From positions 202,380,740 to 202,444,739 of the forward strand of contig NC_058130.1 in the NCBI RefSeq assembly GCF_016433145.1: 64,000 bases of DNA, written 5' to 3'. Below the pieces are notes generated by a model. It did no database searches. It was not told where the DNA came from and worked only from the letters and a program-made list of their open reading frames with translations. Position 1 is the stretch's first letter. Each line of letters begins with the position of its first letter. This stretch comes from Gracilinanus agilis. Its lineage: Eukaryota. A program made the translations under genes and the position numbers. Below are positions 49,324-61,872 of this stretch, in pieces.

Positions 49324-50100
49324 CTGAGGCAGGGGGCGGGAGGGCCCCTCCGGGTTGTGACGGTGGGAACAGGTGCGGGGGCGGGGCAGTCGTTCCTCTA
49401 TCTCTTGGTGGCTCCCCACCCCAGGAACCAGGAAAATCCTCCAGGGGGTGGGCCTAATGTCGCGCGTAGAGCCAAAAGAGACTTCCTCCTGGGTCCTAGA
49501 GGGCGCTGGGTTTTCAGGAGAAACGGGGTGGGGGTAGGGAAATCATGAGAGAATTAACGGATGTGTTCCTACCCTAAGCGAAGCAGAAAGTGGGGATAGC
49601 ATTGGGGGGAGGGTGCTTCTCACAGAAGAAAGGACGGAACCCTTGAGACTCACGTGTTCTGGTTCAGTCTTAGGCAAGGACTATTGGGGTTGAAATTTTC
49701 TCCTCGGCCTCCCCCTTTGTCCCCTGTCCCATTCCGTTGTTTGTGCTCCTCCAAGGTACACAAGACTTCCGCCCTCAACCCTTCTCGTCCAGCCCAATAA
49801 TGCCTTGGGGGATAGAAGCTACTTCCGACCAGTTTTTCGTAACTTCCGCCCTTACTAGCTTTCCTTTCACCCACGGGGAATGACGTAATTCCTGTGGTTT
49901 CTAGGTTCCCATTTCCGCCCTCTTTCTCAACAAAGTCTTCTAAAGCTAGTGAAGCCACTTCCGGGGTGTTTACATAGCCTTCCAGAGAATCTCTTCCGGT
50001 TAGCTCCGGAGTGGTGCCCTGGATGTAGCCGGGGCGATAGCGTTCTTTTCCCCCGCCCCCTCCTCCCCTCCCCTCCTCTCCCCTCCCCGGAGCCCCAGGT
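49324..50100. promoter_or_regulatory. Bidirectional CpG promoter with non-coding first exons of the PHETA-like gene (-) and CD2BP2 (+)
   Basis: ETS/GABP-type TTCCG cores at 49765, 49821, 49842, 49911, 49957 and 49992; TGACGTAA at 49881; CACGTG at 49651. CD2BP2 exon-1 donor CAG|GTGAGG at 50099; minus-strand donor at 49323. Confidence 0.8.
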
Positions 50101-50811
50101 GAGGGCGCGCACGCGGAGTGAGCCCCGAATCCCGCGGGGTTCCATCTACTCCCTGCTCATTTACATATTAAGAGGAGGAAGGAGGGGTGGGGGCTTGTAA
50201 GGGATGGACCGGGAGTTGTGGCGGGTTTAGAGTAGGGGTATATTGGGGTCTGGGGCTCCCTACAATGGGCCGCTGAGCCCCTTAAGGGCCCTCGGAGTTG
50301 GGAGTAGGGTTGGTAGGGTCTCGGGTGTGCGCGGGTAAGGGGAATCCCGGCAACGCCGTCCTTTGTCACTCCTAGTGTAAGGGGGTTCGGGGATAGAGAA
50401 CATCCATCCTCTCGTAGAGGGTGCAGGCCCCAGATGCTGAGTGGCCCCCCCACCCCGAAACTACAGCTGTGGGGCCTTGCTAACAATCCGTAGGCTTTTT
50501 CCTCCCATCTCTCCCCAAGTCAGACAAATTCCAGCCCCGCCCCCTTCCCCCCTTTAATCTAGGGTCATGGGAGCTTCCAGGAGACTCGGATGCAAGCTCT
50601 TACCCGATTCCCTCCCTTTCCTTGTTGACCACAGAGACTGAAACATCCCAATCTGAGGACAATAGTATACCTTCCCCTTAAGAAGTGGGAAAGTGAGTTC
50701 TGAACCCCCAACCCCTATAAGTGCATTTCGCTGTGCTAGGGCTTACTAACCCTGCGGCTCCATTTTGCTCAGCTCCTGGGAAGGACTGGATCCTGTCCTG
50801 CAAATCCCACC

Positions 50812-53244
50812 ATGCCCAAGCGAAGAGTGACCTTCCAGGATGTGGGAGTCGAAGAGGATGGAGAGGATCTCCCCAAAAAGAAGGTGAGGGAGTCAAGATA
50901 CCTGAGTTTCCAGGATATGGAATGGAGAGAATCTCCTCCCAAAGAAGGGGAAGAGTCTGAATGCCTGAATTCCCAGTTTGAGTGGGGTTGTTAGGGACTG
51001 AACTGAAAGACTTGTAAAATTTGTATCTACTGCATCCAATCATGTTTCTGCCTGTAGTTGGTGGATCCTGTGACGGGAGCAGGGGGCCCTGGGAGCCGGT
51101 TCAAAGGCAAACATTCTTTGGACAGTGATGAAGAAGATGATGATGAGGATGGTTCTAGCAAGTATGTCATCCTAGCCTCGGAAGATGTGGAAGGTGAGGC
51201 CATGGGGCCTTCTTCTCCCTTACAGCCTCCCTAGCCTGAGGCTAGATTCTTGAAAGTGGAATGCAGATTTATGCCAGAGGATATTTTTCCAAAAATGTTT
51301 ATTAAGTGTTGTGCCTAGTATTGTGTCAGGGTGTAGTAGGGGAAGGCAGGGGGAAAAATACAGTATCCTCTACCTTCAGAAAGCTCACAGCCAGATAGCT
51401 TAAGATACAGAAGCACCTATAATAATGTTAAAATGTGCATTAAAGAGATGCAAAATAGCACTGTGTGAGGTTCAAGGAGGACGGTCATTACCGACTAGAA
51501 TATCATAGAGAAAAATGTTCTTTGAATTGGAATTTAAAGGATGTCTAGGAATTCATCAGGCCAAGAGGGAAGTTTAGAACACCTGAATGAAAACTCAGAG
51601 AACAGTTGATTGGCAACAAGTAATATGTATGGCAGACAGGGTAGTAGGATAATGAAAGACCGGAGAGCCCTGAATGCTTTAGGCAAAGGAATTTGGACTT
51701 TACTCAGTAGTCAAAAGAAGAAAATAAAGATTTTTCAGCAGAGGAATGACCAGGCAATAGGATTTAGATATTGCTTCCCTTTCTCTTGTACAATTCTGGG
51801 TATCTGTTCATCCAGGTCAGGAGGCGGCCACACTCCCAAGTGAGGGTGGTGTTCGTATCACACCCTTCAACCTGCAGGAGGAAATGGAAGAGGGCCACTT
51901 TGATTCTGATGGCAACTACTTTCTGCACCGTGATGCTCAGATTCGGGACAGCTGGCTGGACAACATTGACTGGGTTAGGGTCTCCAGGCCTGGAGACTTG
52001 GGTCTTGGTGGGGAGTGATGTATTTCATTTGTGAAATGAGATAGAGACCCAAGACTGAGGGGTAGGGGTGCCTTGATGAGATATGAGGCTAGGGACCAGG
52101 ATACCTGGAGGGAGAAGGCCAAAAGGTATAAGAAAGAAACCTATCTTCTCTCATCTCAGGTGAAGATTCGGGAGCGCCCTCCAGGCAAGCCTCCTGCCTC
52201 AGACTCAGAGGAAGACAGCCCTGGCCAGACACCACTGGGCCCTCAAGCCCTCCTAGAGGGTCTCTTGGAGATGTTGTTGCCAGGGGAGACAGTTGCTGGG
52301 GCACTTAGGCGGCTAGGTGCTCGGAAGGGTGGTGAAGGACCCCAGCGACCAAATTCCCCACAGCGATTAGACCGGCTTTCAGGATTGGCTGACCAGATGG
52401 TTGCCCGAGGCAACCATGGAGTATACCAGGAGACCAGGGAACGGCTAGCTGTGAGGCTGAAAGCACTAGGGGGCCGCACACCAGGGCTCTCGGACACAGC
52501 ACCTCGTCCTGTCCTGGACATGTTTGCTGAAGAGGTTGGGGAGGGGGAGCTGGAGACCCCAACCCCAGCCCAAGGAGGAGGTAAGGGTTGGAGACCTGGA
52601 GCTATTGGGTCCTTTCAGTGACGTGGAGACTCAGAAAGATATTGATCCTAAAAGGATCCCAGAAGGAGAGTGGGAGCCTATTTGGAGAGACTGGGGATCA
52701 GGTCAGAGTATGAGGGGCAGAATTGAATGGGGAAAGTATGGGGTCTGTGTATGAATGGGATTTGAGCATATATGGGGGATGAAGTGTGATGGGATAATAA
52801 GGGGAGACAGAAACAAGTTATATGTGTAGGAGGATAGCTGGTGGGGTGGTGGGGTGGAGTGACCTCAGGTTCAGGGGACAGGGAAACGGAGCTGAGAAAG
52901 CCTTTTCTGGTTGCCTTTCTAGAAGCAGCTGCCATGGGGGATGGCTTGGCTGATGTGATGTGGGAATATAAATGGGAAAACACAAGTGATGCAGAGCTCT
53001 ATGGGCCCTTCACCAGTGCCCAGATGCAGGTGAGGATTCCCTCTCCAAATCCTACCTACCTCTCCCTTCCTTGGATTATATATATTGCCCCACCCCTCAT
53101 CCTCCCTCACTTTCTTCTTGCCTTTCTCTCTAGGCTTGGGCAGATGATGGCTATTTCCCAGATGGTGTTTATTGCCGGAAGTTGGATCCCCCAGAAGGCC
53201 AGTTCTACAACTCCAAACGTATAGATTTCAGTCTCTATGTCTGA
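50812..53244 (+). CDS. CD2BP2: CD2 antigen cytoplasmic tail-binding protein 2 (U5-52K, GYF domain), 6 coding exons, 334 aa
   Basis: Exons 50812-50883, 51058-51193, 51816-51973, 52160-52580, 52923-53029, 53134-53244. All GT-AG, 1005 nt. Starts MPKRRVTF; GYF domain [37 protein letters not shown] at 53415-53420. Confidence 0.97.
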
Positions 53245-55939
53245 ATCCCGTTTTTATTTTTGGGGGGCTGGAGTAGGCAGTACCAGGGCAAGCACTTTCC
53301 AGGTTATGTTTTCAGGAGGAGACCTTGGGCTTATCCTGGGGCTTGTATGGACCTTAGCAGGGGTGAGGGGGGTGGAATGGTATTGGTCTGGGGAGGGTGG
53401 GCATTTCCTGTCTCAATAAAAATCTCTAGTTGTGTAAAAGGGGTGTCCAGTGTGGGGAGTGGGGAGGAGGGGAGGGAAGTGAGTGGGCACAGTTGCACAA
53501 AGAGCCCGAATTCCTCTGCTCTACCTTAGAGAAGTACTGTGCTTCAAGCTGGTGAGAACAGCCCTCTATTCCTGAGTCACAATGTCCTGGTCTGTGCTGG
53601 GTTTTCCCTCTCCTCTTTCCTCCTCTCTGCTTCCCCTCTCCCCCAGATCAGGCCTCCAATGAGATGGATGAAATGGTCCTTCCTGGAGCTGGCCATCCAG
53701 AAAGATCCCTGTGCTCCTGACTTTGCTACTGGCCAGTGTATGCCCATAAGCATAATGTGACTTCCTCTTCTCTGGGCCTCAGTGTTCACATCTGTGAACC
53801 TGGATTTGTACCGTGTTGAAGGAGCTTGAGTCAGGATACTTGGGTTTGAATCGCAAACTGCCTGGCTATAGACCTGCCTAATTTTAATCTCTTCTTTGAG
53901 CCCCACTTTCCTTATCATGAAATGGGGATAATCATACAACCTACCTCACAGGGTTGTTGTGGGGAATGCACTTTGTAAACCTTAAAAGTGCTTGAGAAAT
54001 GTGACTTATTGTAACACTTTTAAGATGCTTTGACAAGGGATTCCATGACTAGGGTTTTGTTTTGTTTTTTTCATTCTTCTTACCCTCATTTAATGACTCA
54101 GATTTGGAAGATATGGGGCAGGTAAAGGGAGAAAGTGGGAGAGAATTACCCTAGAACATTGAATCTGGAAGAGGCCTCTGTAACCTCAACTAGTCTAATT
54201 CCCTCATTTTATAGCTAGGAAAAAAGGCCCAGAGCATGGAAAGGACTTACCCAAGGTTACTCTTACAAGTCCCTGGCAGAGTTTGTCCTGATGCTTTTCT
54301 AAGTCTCTCTTGTTTTCCTTTCTCCCTTGGTCGGAAAATGACAAAAGAATGCCAAGACCCTTCCTTTAGGTGCAGGAGCCTCCTGTTTTCTGGAGGTACT
54401 CGGGTGCAGACTCCTGTCTCCCTCCTCCTTTCACTTCTAACATTGATGAAGCCTCAATTACTTCCTCAGTTAGGTCAGCTAGCCAACAGGTGGTACTCAA
54501 TTCAACCAGCATTAAGTGAAGCAGTCCTTGCCTTAAAAGAGTTTACATTCTTCTGGGAGATATAATATTACACAAATAAATATAATGTCTGCACAGTGTA
54601 ACTGGGAGAATCTGAAGGGCCTGGAGTTGGCATCTGAGCTCAACCTTCAAGAGAATTAAGAGGTTCTATGAATGGAAGGTGAGGAGCAAAGATGTCCTAA
54701 GCATGGATGGGCGAAATGGTATATATTTGGAGCAAATAGGCTAATTAGGTGAGAACAGTGTGGAAGAGGAATTAATGCCAAATAAGTATGGAAATGTAGT
54801 CTGGGCCATATTGTAAAAGGCTTTAAATGTCTAATGGAGGAGTTTTTGCTTTATTTAATAAAGCAGTAGAGAGCCACTGGAGCATTTCAGACAGGAATGA
54901 ATAACATGGCCTGAGCCATGTGAGATTAATTTTGTAGCAAGGTGAGAGATGAATCAGTAAGGGGAGAGACCAGAAGCAGGGAGACCAATGGGGAGGCTAT
55001 GGCAGTATCCATCTAAGGGGATGAGGGGGGCAGCTAGGTGACAGTGGATAGAGTACCCAATCTGGAGACAGGAGGTCTTGGGTTCAAATGTGATCTCACA
55101 TACTTCTGTGTGACCCTATGCAAGTCACTTAACCTCAATTTACCTTGTTCTTACTGCTTTTTTGCCTTGGTACCGATACTTAGTATTGATTCTAAGACAC
55201 AAAGTAAGGGTTTAAAAAAATTTAAAGAAAGGGCTGAGGACCTGAATTAGGCGTATGAATCAGTATGGGAAACTGACAATACTGAAGTACTTCATTGGAT
55301 ATTGCAGGGGAGAAAAAAGTATATAATGATTTCAAAGTTGATCACCTGGGTGATCACATGAATGGATACTATTATCACTACTACCTGTATTCCTCCTCCT
55401 CAAAAAAAAAAAAACAAAAAAAACCCAAAACAAAAACCTGGGGGGGGGGGTTCAGTTCCTTTGCCTGAAATCTCTCCATTGGCAATATTTTCCTCTAGGT
55501 TAACCATTCCACAGTTTTAGGACCTTGTTGCAATAGTACTGTTCCCCTTGACTTACACACACACAAACACGTATATACACACACACAAAGTTGTTATAAG
55601 GGTTCTTTACCTTAGAGTCCCCAGGTTCAGACTTTTTAGTTCAGCACAGTGTTCTGATGGGGAAAAAAGTAGAGTAGTAGGGATGGATAATGTTAGAGTT
55701 GAGCACATTGCTAGATAGGCCAAGCCAGGGTGTATGAGGCTGTAAAACACCTATCTTACCTTAGCAGCCCTAGGCTTCTCCTTTGGAATCATGCCTTTAG
55801 CCACAGGGGTTTTGCTATTATATCTATTTTGCTGATCAATGAACCCCAGTTAAACAAGCCCAGCTGGTGTTAGGCAAAGGAGTTACAAAGATAAAAATGA
55901 ACCAATCCTTGCTCTCAGGAAACTAAAAAAAAAAAAAGG

Positions 55940-56765
55940 TTTTTATTGATATCTTTTGTTTTCTACATCATAATTGCACATTAATATCCTTTCCCCTTGT
56001 CAGCCATCTCACACAACTTTTTTTAAAAAGTATGACATTTATTAATAGGAGCATTGATCTATTAATAAAAGGCAGATCACAGACCATAACATTTTTAAAG
56101 ACAAAAAGGACAGGAAGGGAGTGATCAGCATAACGGATTAGTACAAACCTGAAAACTTATGCCATGTGCATTTCTCAACTCCCATCTTTGCAAAGGGAGG
56201 AGTATCTTCTCTTTTTTTCCTTTTTAATAACCTTTGCCTTCTCTCTTAGAATCGATAATAATTATTGGTTCTAAGGCAGTAGAGCAGTAAGGAATAGGCC
56301 TTTGAGGTTAAGTGATTTGCTGAGGTCACACAGCTAGAAAGTATCTGAGTTCAGATTTGAATCCAGAATTGTCTCTAGGCCTGATTGTCTATCCACTGAG
56401 TCACCTACTGCTCCCTAGTTTTTCTTTTAAGCCATGCTAGTTTGTAATTTTGTGTGGTTGTTCTTTTCACCTGCTTAGATGTCATTATGTATACCGTTTT
56501 CTTGGCCTCTGCTGACTTCATTGCATGCTATCACATTCATCATTTCTTATAGTCTATTACATCCACATACCACAGTTTGTTTAACTATGTCCATGTCAAT
56601 ACACATCTGCTTTGTTTCCAGGTTTTTTTGTTCTCACAAAAATTGCTGCTATAAATATTTAATTCAATGACTTCAGATATAAGCCTAATTATAGAATCTT
56701 TAGGTTAAAGAATATCGTCATTTTAGTCACTTTATTTGCATAATTTCAAAATGCTTTTCAAAAAA
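55940..56765 (-). mobile_element. Old L1-like fragment with a nested SINE (about 56215-56415)
   Basis: ttttattgatatc tail, ccatacatccatataccac-like and attgctgctataaatatt motifs; a minus-strand SINE interrupts it. Confidence 0.5.
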
Positions 56766-59209
56766 TGTCACACAGCAGAAAATTTTACTTTCTAGGGTAA
56801 ACTTTGAGCCCGGGTATCCTGGACCTTTCCAGTCTCTGAACTGACTCAGCTTCTGGGTTCAGAGATCTGCTGCTGGAACTAGATGTCCTGCCCTATTTTC
56901 TGCTTTTCCCTTCACTCCTTCCTTCCCTATCCTTATATACTGTCATCTCACAAAGGGGCAACTTTCCAGGATTTACTTAGAAGGGGAAAGAACAGAAGGT
57001 CAGAATAAGTGTATCAGAGAGCAAAGTTACTCAATGTCACTAGAAAAGATCTGTCCAACCCATGCTTGGGGACTTATAAAGTACCCTATCTAGGTTGTAC
57101 TTTCTTGGCCCTGGGCTTCTAGAAGAGGTATTTTCTATACCAGAAGGCCCCCAGTGGGGCTCTTGGGAATGAACTCATTGATTTCAGTAGGAAAATCCTA
57201 GGTTCCTCCTGAGCCAATCAGTAAGCCTACTTAATGGATGGTCAGGAGTGCTGCCCACATTCCTGCCTAATCTCTGTTTATCTAATACTTCCTTGCTGGG
57301 AAACATGGCCATCAACTCACGAACAAAATATACCTTCCCCAAAAGTCAGTCTTTGACACTGAAGAACTGAGTGATTTCTCTCTTCTACCGTAGATGTCTC
57401 CAGTCTTTTTGGTATAAGAAAACATTTATAGAGACCTGTTTTTGATATCATTTCTGGGATAAGCCCATTCCCACCCCCCACCCCATCCCCACTCAGGTGA
57501 TCATATCTGCACAGTTAATACCTCTTATTTGAGAGAATACATGACAAAAAATTACTTTTAATTCAGTAAGGCTTTTAAATGAAGTCATTTTATTATAACA
57601 GCCTCTATATATTTGAAAAGTAATCTACAGGTCTGTTTGTTATAATGAATCATTTGGTGAGATAGATCCCTTTCAGTAATCGGATGTCCTTCCCTTTTAC
57701 CCATTCCATTTCCACATGTTGAGAATCAATGTCCTATGCTGCTTCCCAATTTGTTCCTTTTTTTTTTTTTAACCCTTATTTTTTGCCTTAGAATCAATAC
57801 TGTGTCTTGGTTCCAAGGCAGAAGAGTGGTAAGGGCTGGGCAATGGTGGTTAAATGACTTGCCCAGGGCCACACAGCTAGGAAGTGTCTGGAGCCAGATT
57901 TGAACTCATGAAGATAAGTATTCCTGATTCCAAGTTCAATGATCTATTCACAGTGCCTCTTAGCTGCCCAATAGAGAGTATATACCATTTAAAGATTTTA
58001 CAAATTGGTTTCCTTGTGAGGTAGGTAGTGCAAGTATTATTATTCCTTTTTATAGGAAACTCTGAAGCTCTGAGAGGTCTTTACTTTCCCTAGGTCACAC
58101 GATAAGTTAAGGGTAGAGTTGAGACTAGGCCTTATGTTGCCCCCTCTCAACTATCGAATCTGGTTGCCTCAGCCTGTTCATTGAGTTCCTCCTGCACTTA
58201 TAGTTTCATGGATTTGTAGCCAGGAGTGACTTTTGAGATAATTTAATCCAATCACTCTTTTTGTTTTTTAAAGATGAAGAAATTGAAGATTAAGTGATTT
58301 GCCCAGTTGGAACACAAATAGTAAATGGCAAAATCAGGATTTGAACCTAGGTCCTCTAATTCCAAATCTAGCATATTAAACTATGCTGCCTGGGTAATTG
58401 GGGTTCAGCTTATGTTCCTCTCTGACCCTGTACCCCACCCTAATCGGGTAGAATGAGTTCTTCAAAGGTACATGTGCTCTGGATGGGGGCACTAACCTAT
58501 CCCCTGTTTTCTCTTAAGATTTGGGTTCAGGGGATGAGTCTTTCCTATGATCTCAACCTCTAGGGAGGATGTGGTTCATTAACAGCCCCAGCATTGAGAA
58601 TTAAGGAGTGGGGCAAGGACCACAAGCACAGGAAATGCCACTGTTTTTTCCTCTCTCTGTACCCCAATCTGCCCTGGGTGGGCCAAGCCCATCTCTCAGG
58701 GCATATTTCTTAATGTTCCCATCACTAGTCTTCAACAGAGAAGCAGGCAGTCACCCAAGATCCAGCCTAGCCTGGGACAGTGGAAAGAATACTATAAATT
58801 TGTTATTAGAGGAGCTGGGTTTGGAGCCCATCTTTGACATTTGCTGTGTATATGACCTTCGACAGGTTAATTTCCTTGGGCCTCAATTTCCTCACCTATA
58901 GAATAAGAGGGTTAGACTACATGGCCTCTGAGGTCTATTCCAATTCTATATTGATGATCTTGCCTATCTCTGTCCTTTAGCCCAGAAATAGTTATTTTTG
59001 TATCTCAGTAAAGACCCCATTTCCCATCATAGAGCCAAAGATTCCCCACCAATTCAGACTTGGGCATATGAGTCTTTTAGCTGATGATCAGAGTTTCATC
59101 CTCCAAATTAGACCCAAGAATACCCACTGCCAGCTATATTCAGCAGATGGGAAGGAGATATTACACTTTACCATTGAGATACAGGCAGATGAAGGGTGCA
59201 GGATGTTGA

Positions 59210-59365
59210 GGGTGGAGGGGGGGGCCCCTACACACATGGGGTGGAGCTAGGGCCACTTCCTTCCCTTCTGGGGGCCCCCAGTCTCAGTCCTGCCTGTCCT
59301 AGTCTGAGGACAGACAAGTCTCCCCTCAACATCTTTTGACCACCGCTGAGAACCTCCAACTGCAG
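59210..59365 (+). promoter_or_regulatory. SPN promoter and non-coding exon 1
   Basis: GGGTGG boxes (about 59210, 59239) followed by CCACTTCC (ETS) at 59253-59260; TATA-less; donor at 59366. Confidence 0.6.
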
Positions 59366-59838
59366 GTAAGAATGGATCACGGTCAGGTTAGGACTGTGAC
59401 TAGAGCCAGAGCAGTTAAGCAACGTTGAGGCTAGAGAGGAACATCTTTCAAGATAGGAGTAGGGATCAAGGCAAATTGGAGCAGAGGGAGGTGGAGAATC
59501 CTTATTCCAGTGGGTAATATGAGGGTAGGGAACTGAGGGTCAAGGGCTCGATTAGTTATTGGATCTAAGCCTGGAGAAGAAGGGGTTCCTAGTGATAGCT
59601 AAATTAAGAGACATTAAGTGCTTGGGAGGGCATTCATGCTGGGCATCTCCACCCTCATTTCTGAGTCTGGAGAAAACCGTTGAACCACAAACTCAGCCAG
59701 GCAGCTGTTGGGGTGTGGGCAGGATGGGGAGGAGGGTGTTCTGGCCTGTGCAGATCCCTCCGGTCTTTTTCCTCACAGGTCTTGACTCCCAGACACCCTT
59801 GAACCTTTCTGGGTCCTTGGGAGATTCCACCTAGTGTC

Positions 59839-61050
59839 ATGGAGATAATACCCTCCTTGACTTTGTTGCTCCTCATCCTCACTGAGTGTTCCTGGGCTTC
59901 AACAGACTTATACATAGACTCTGCTGACTCCCAGTCAGTCTCTTCTTCGGCTGTGAACTCCTCAATCTCTTCCCTGGCTCTGGAAACCACATTCTTGCCA
60001 ACCTCAAATTCAGATTTGATCTTGACACCTCCAACCCTGGATGCCAGTCCTTTGACATCCTTGGCCCCAGGCCACACACCCTCCCTGCCCCTGAATGCCA
60101 AGGGCTTGGAGGCCTCAATCCAGAGTGGGGAAACTCTTGAACTAAATACTTCAAAGGCCCAGACTCTGGAAGTCAACTCAGATCTGCCTGGAACCATGAC
60201 AGTAGAGGCCAAGGATAACATTCCTACCACTGAGGTGGCATCTTCCACCAGTTTGACTTTCATAGCCTCTGGGCTGACCTCAATGGATAAAGAGGCCCCC
60301 AGTAGTACCCAGGAACTGGTCACACACACATCTACTCCAACTAAGTCTAATGCTAGTCTCATTGGTACAGCTACCATGGTAACATCTCCCTCCTCCATAT
60401 CCCCTCCTTTGGTTACCAGTACAGAGCAAGGGGAGAAGACCACCCCAGTCTTTAAAGAAACGACCTCCTCTAAGATTATTTCAGCTAACACAACCATCTC
60501 TAGCATGACAAGTTCCAAGGTGTCCCAGGTTAGTGAGACCACATCTATATCATCTTTCACTTCATTGACCAAAGCGTCTCCTGCAAATGAACAGAGGCAG
60601 GATGGAGGTACCTCCCCAATAGTAATTCTGGTTGTGGTTCTCCTGGTGGCGACTTTCTTGATCATCCTATTGTTGCTGTGGCGACGTCGACAGAAGAAGA
60701 GGACAGGGGCTCTGATGCTTGTGGGGATTGGGAAAAATAAAGGAGCTAGGGATGCTTGGGCTGGGCCAGTTCAGGTTGCAGAGGACCAGGCCCCATCTGG
60801 GTCAGCAGCAATGGAAGGGGACACAGGGAACCCTGAAGGTGAAGGGACTGGCCGTAGGCCCACACTCACCACCTTCTTTGGCAAGCGGAAGTCTCAACAG
60901 GGTTCTGTGATGATGGAGGACCTGGAGGCTGTACCCTTTATGGAAAATATGGATGGAACTGTAAAGAACCCTGAAACTGATGGCTCAGTAGCTGATGGGT
61001 CAAAAGCAGGAGATGGGAACTTGCCCTCAATCCCAGTGACCAATGTGTGA
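59839..61050 (+). CDS. SPN: Leukosialin (sialophorin, CD43), single coding exon, 403 aa
   Basis: Signal peptide, Ser/Thr-rich mucin ectodomain and TM segment IVILVVVLLVATFLIILLLLW. The tail WRRRQKKRTGAL..DAWAGP..RRPTLTTFFGKRKSQQGS matches recalled CD43 tails. 5' UTR intron 59366-59778 (CAG|GTAAGA ... cacag). Confidence 0.93.
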   Translation: MEIIPSLTLLLLILTECSWASTDLYIDSADSQSVSSSAVNSSISSLALETTFLPTSNSDLILTPPTLDASPLTSLAPGHTPSLPLNAKGLEASIQSGETLELNTSKAQTLEVNSDLPGTMTVEAKDNIPTTEVASSTSLTFIASGLTSMDKEAPSSTQELVTHTSTPTKSNASLIGTATMVTSPSSISPPLVTSTEQGEKTTPVFKETTSSKIISANTTISSMTSSKVSQVSETTSISSFTSLTKASPANEQRQDGGTSPIVILVVVLLVATFLIILLLLWRRRQKKRTGALMLVGIGKNKGARDAWAGPVQVAEDQAPSGSAAMEGDTGNPEGEGTGRRPTLTTFFGKRKSQQGSVMMEDLEAVPFMENMDGTVKNPETDGSVADGSKAGDGNLPSIPVTNV

Positions 61051-61872
61051 AGGGACCAAGATCATCAATTGGTCAACAAAGGTTTTCCAGGCACAGTGAG
61101 AGGAGTGAGACAAAAGCTACCCTTAAGGAACTTAGCTGTAACTAGGAGAAAATACTCAAAAATTTAAAAAATTAAAATAAAAAAAAGGAACTTAACTTCC
61201 CCATTCTTCATCCACTAGTCATGATCAGTTTAACAGTCTTACATTTTTTCATCTGCATGATCTCCATTCACTCTACTTTGATCTTTTCCATGATTATCAT
61301 TTTCATCATCTTCCTCTTTACCATTATAGTCACTGAGTATTGTCTGGGAAACACAGGATCTCTCCAGTAAAATCTTGATAAAGTGAAATTTCTGGACTGT
61401 CCAATTTTTAAGAAAACCACATTTTGACAAACTCATATCATGGATTTGCCAAAAAAATACTCATCTGAGGTCATAGGAGCCATCAGCTGTGCCTTAGGAC
61501 AGTTTCCTCTAGGGCTCTGAACCTCTCCCTCCCCTCAACCCTGGCAAAGGACAAAGCCTGCCCCAATACCTTCCCTAGTCCCTGATTCAAAGACCAAGTT
61601 AGTAACCAGCCCACCTGCTAACTTTTATCCCTAATGAGGATTACCCTGGAATTGGCAGAAGTCAAAACTGAGGTAGCTTCATAACCAGGTTGCAGCTAGC
61701 CTCTCCAGATGTTTCATTTTACTACCTTATGTTCTCTGACTTATCCAACCTGGTTTATTGTTTCTTATACATTTCTTTTCATCTCTCATCTCCATGCCTT
61801 TGTATTGACCCCATCCTCCATGCTGACCAACACTGACTTTTAGAATCCAGTTTTCCTGCAAAACTCACCCCA

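Noticed and set aside
56766-57424. Possible solo LTR (TG...CA, CCAAT at about 57214)
   Set aside because: No clear TSD, canonical poly(A) signal or second copy in the window; cannot be supported without a repeat library.
59655-60665. 336-aa minus-strand ORF
   Set aside because: Antisense shadow of the Ser/Thr-rich SPN exon; Val/Glu-biased with no domain.
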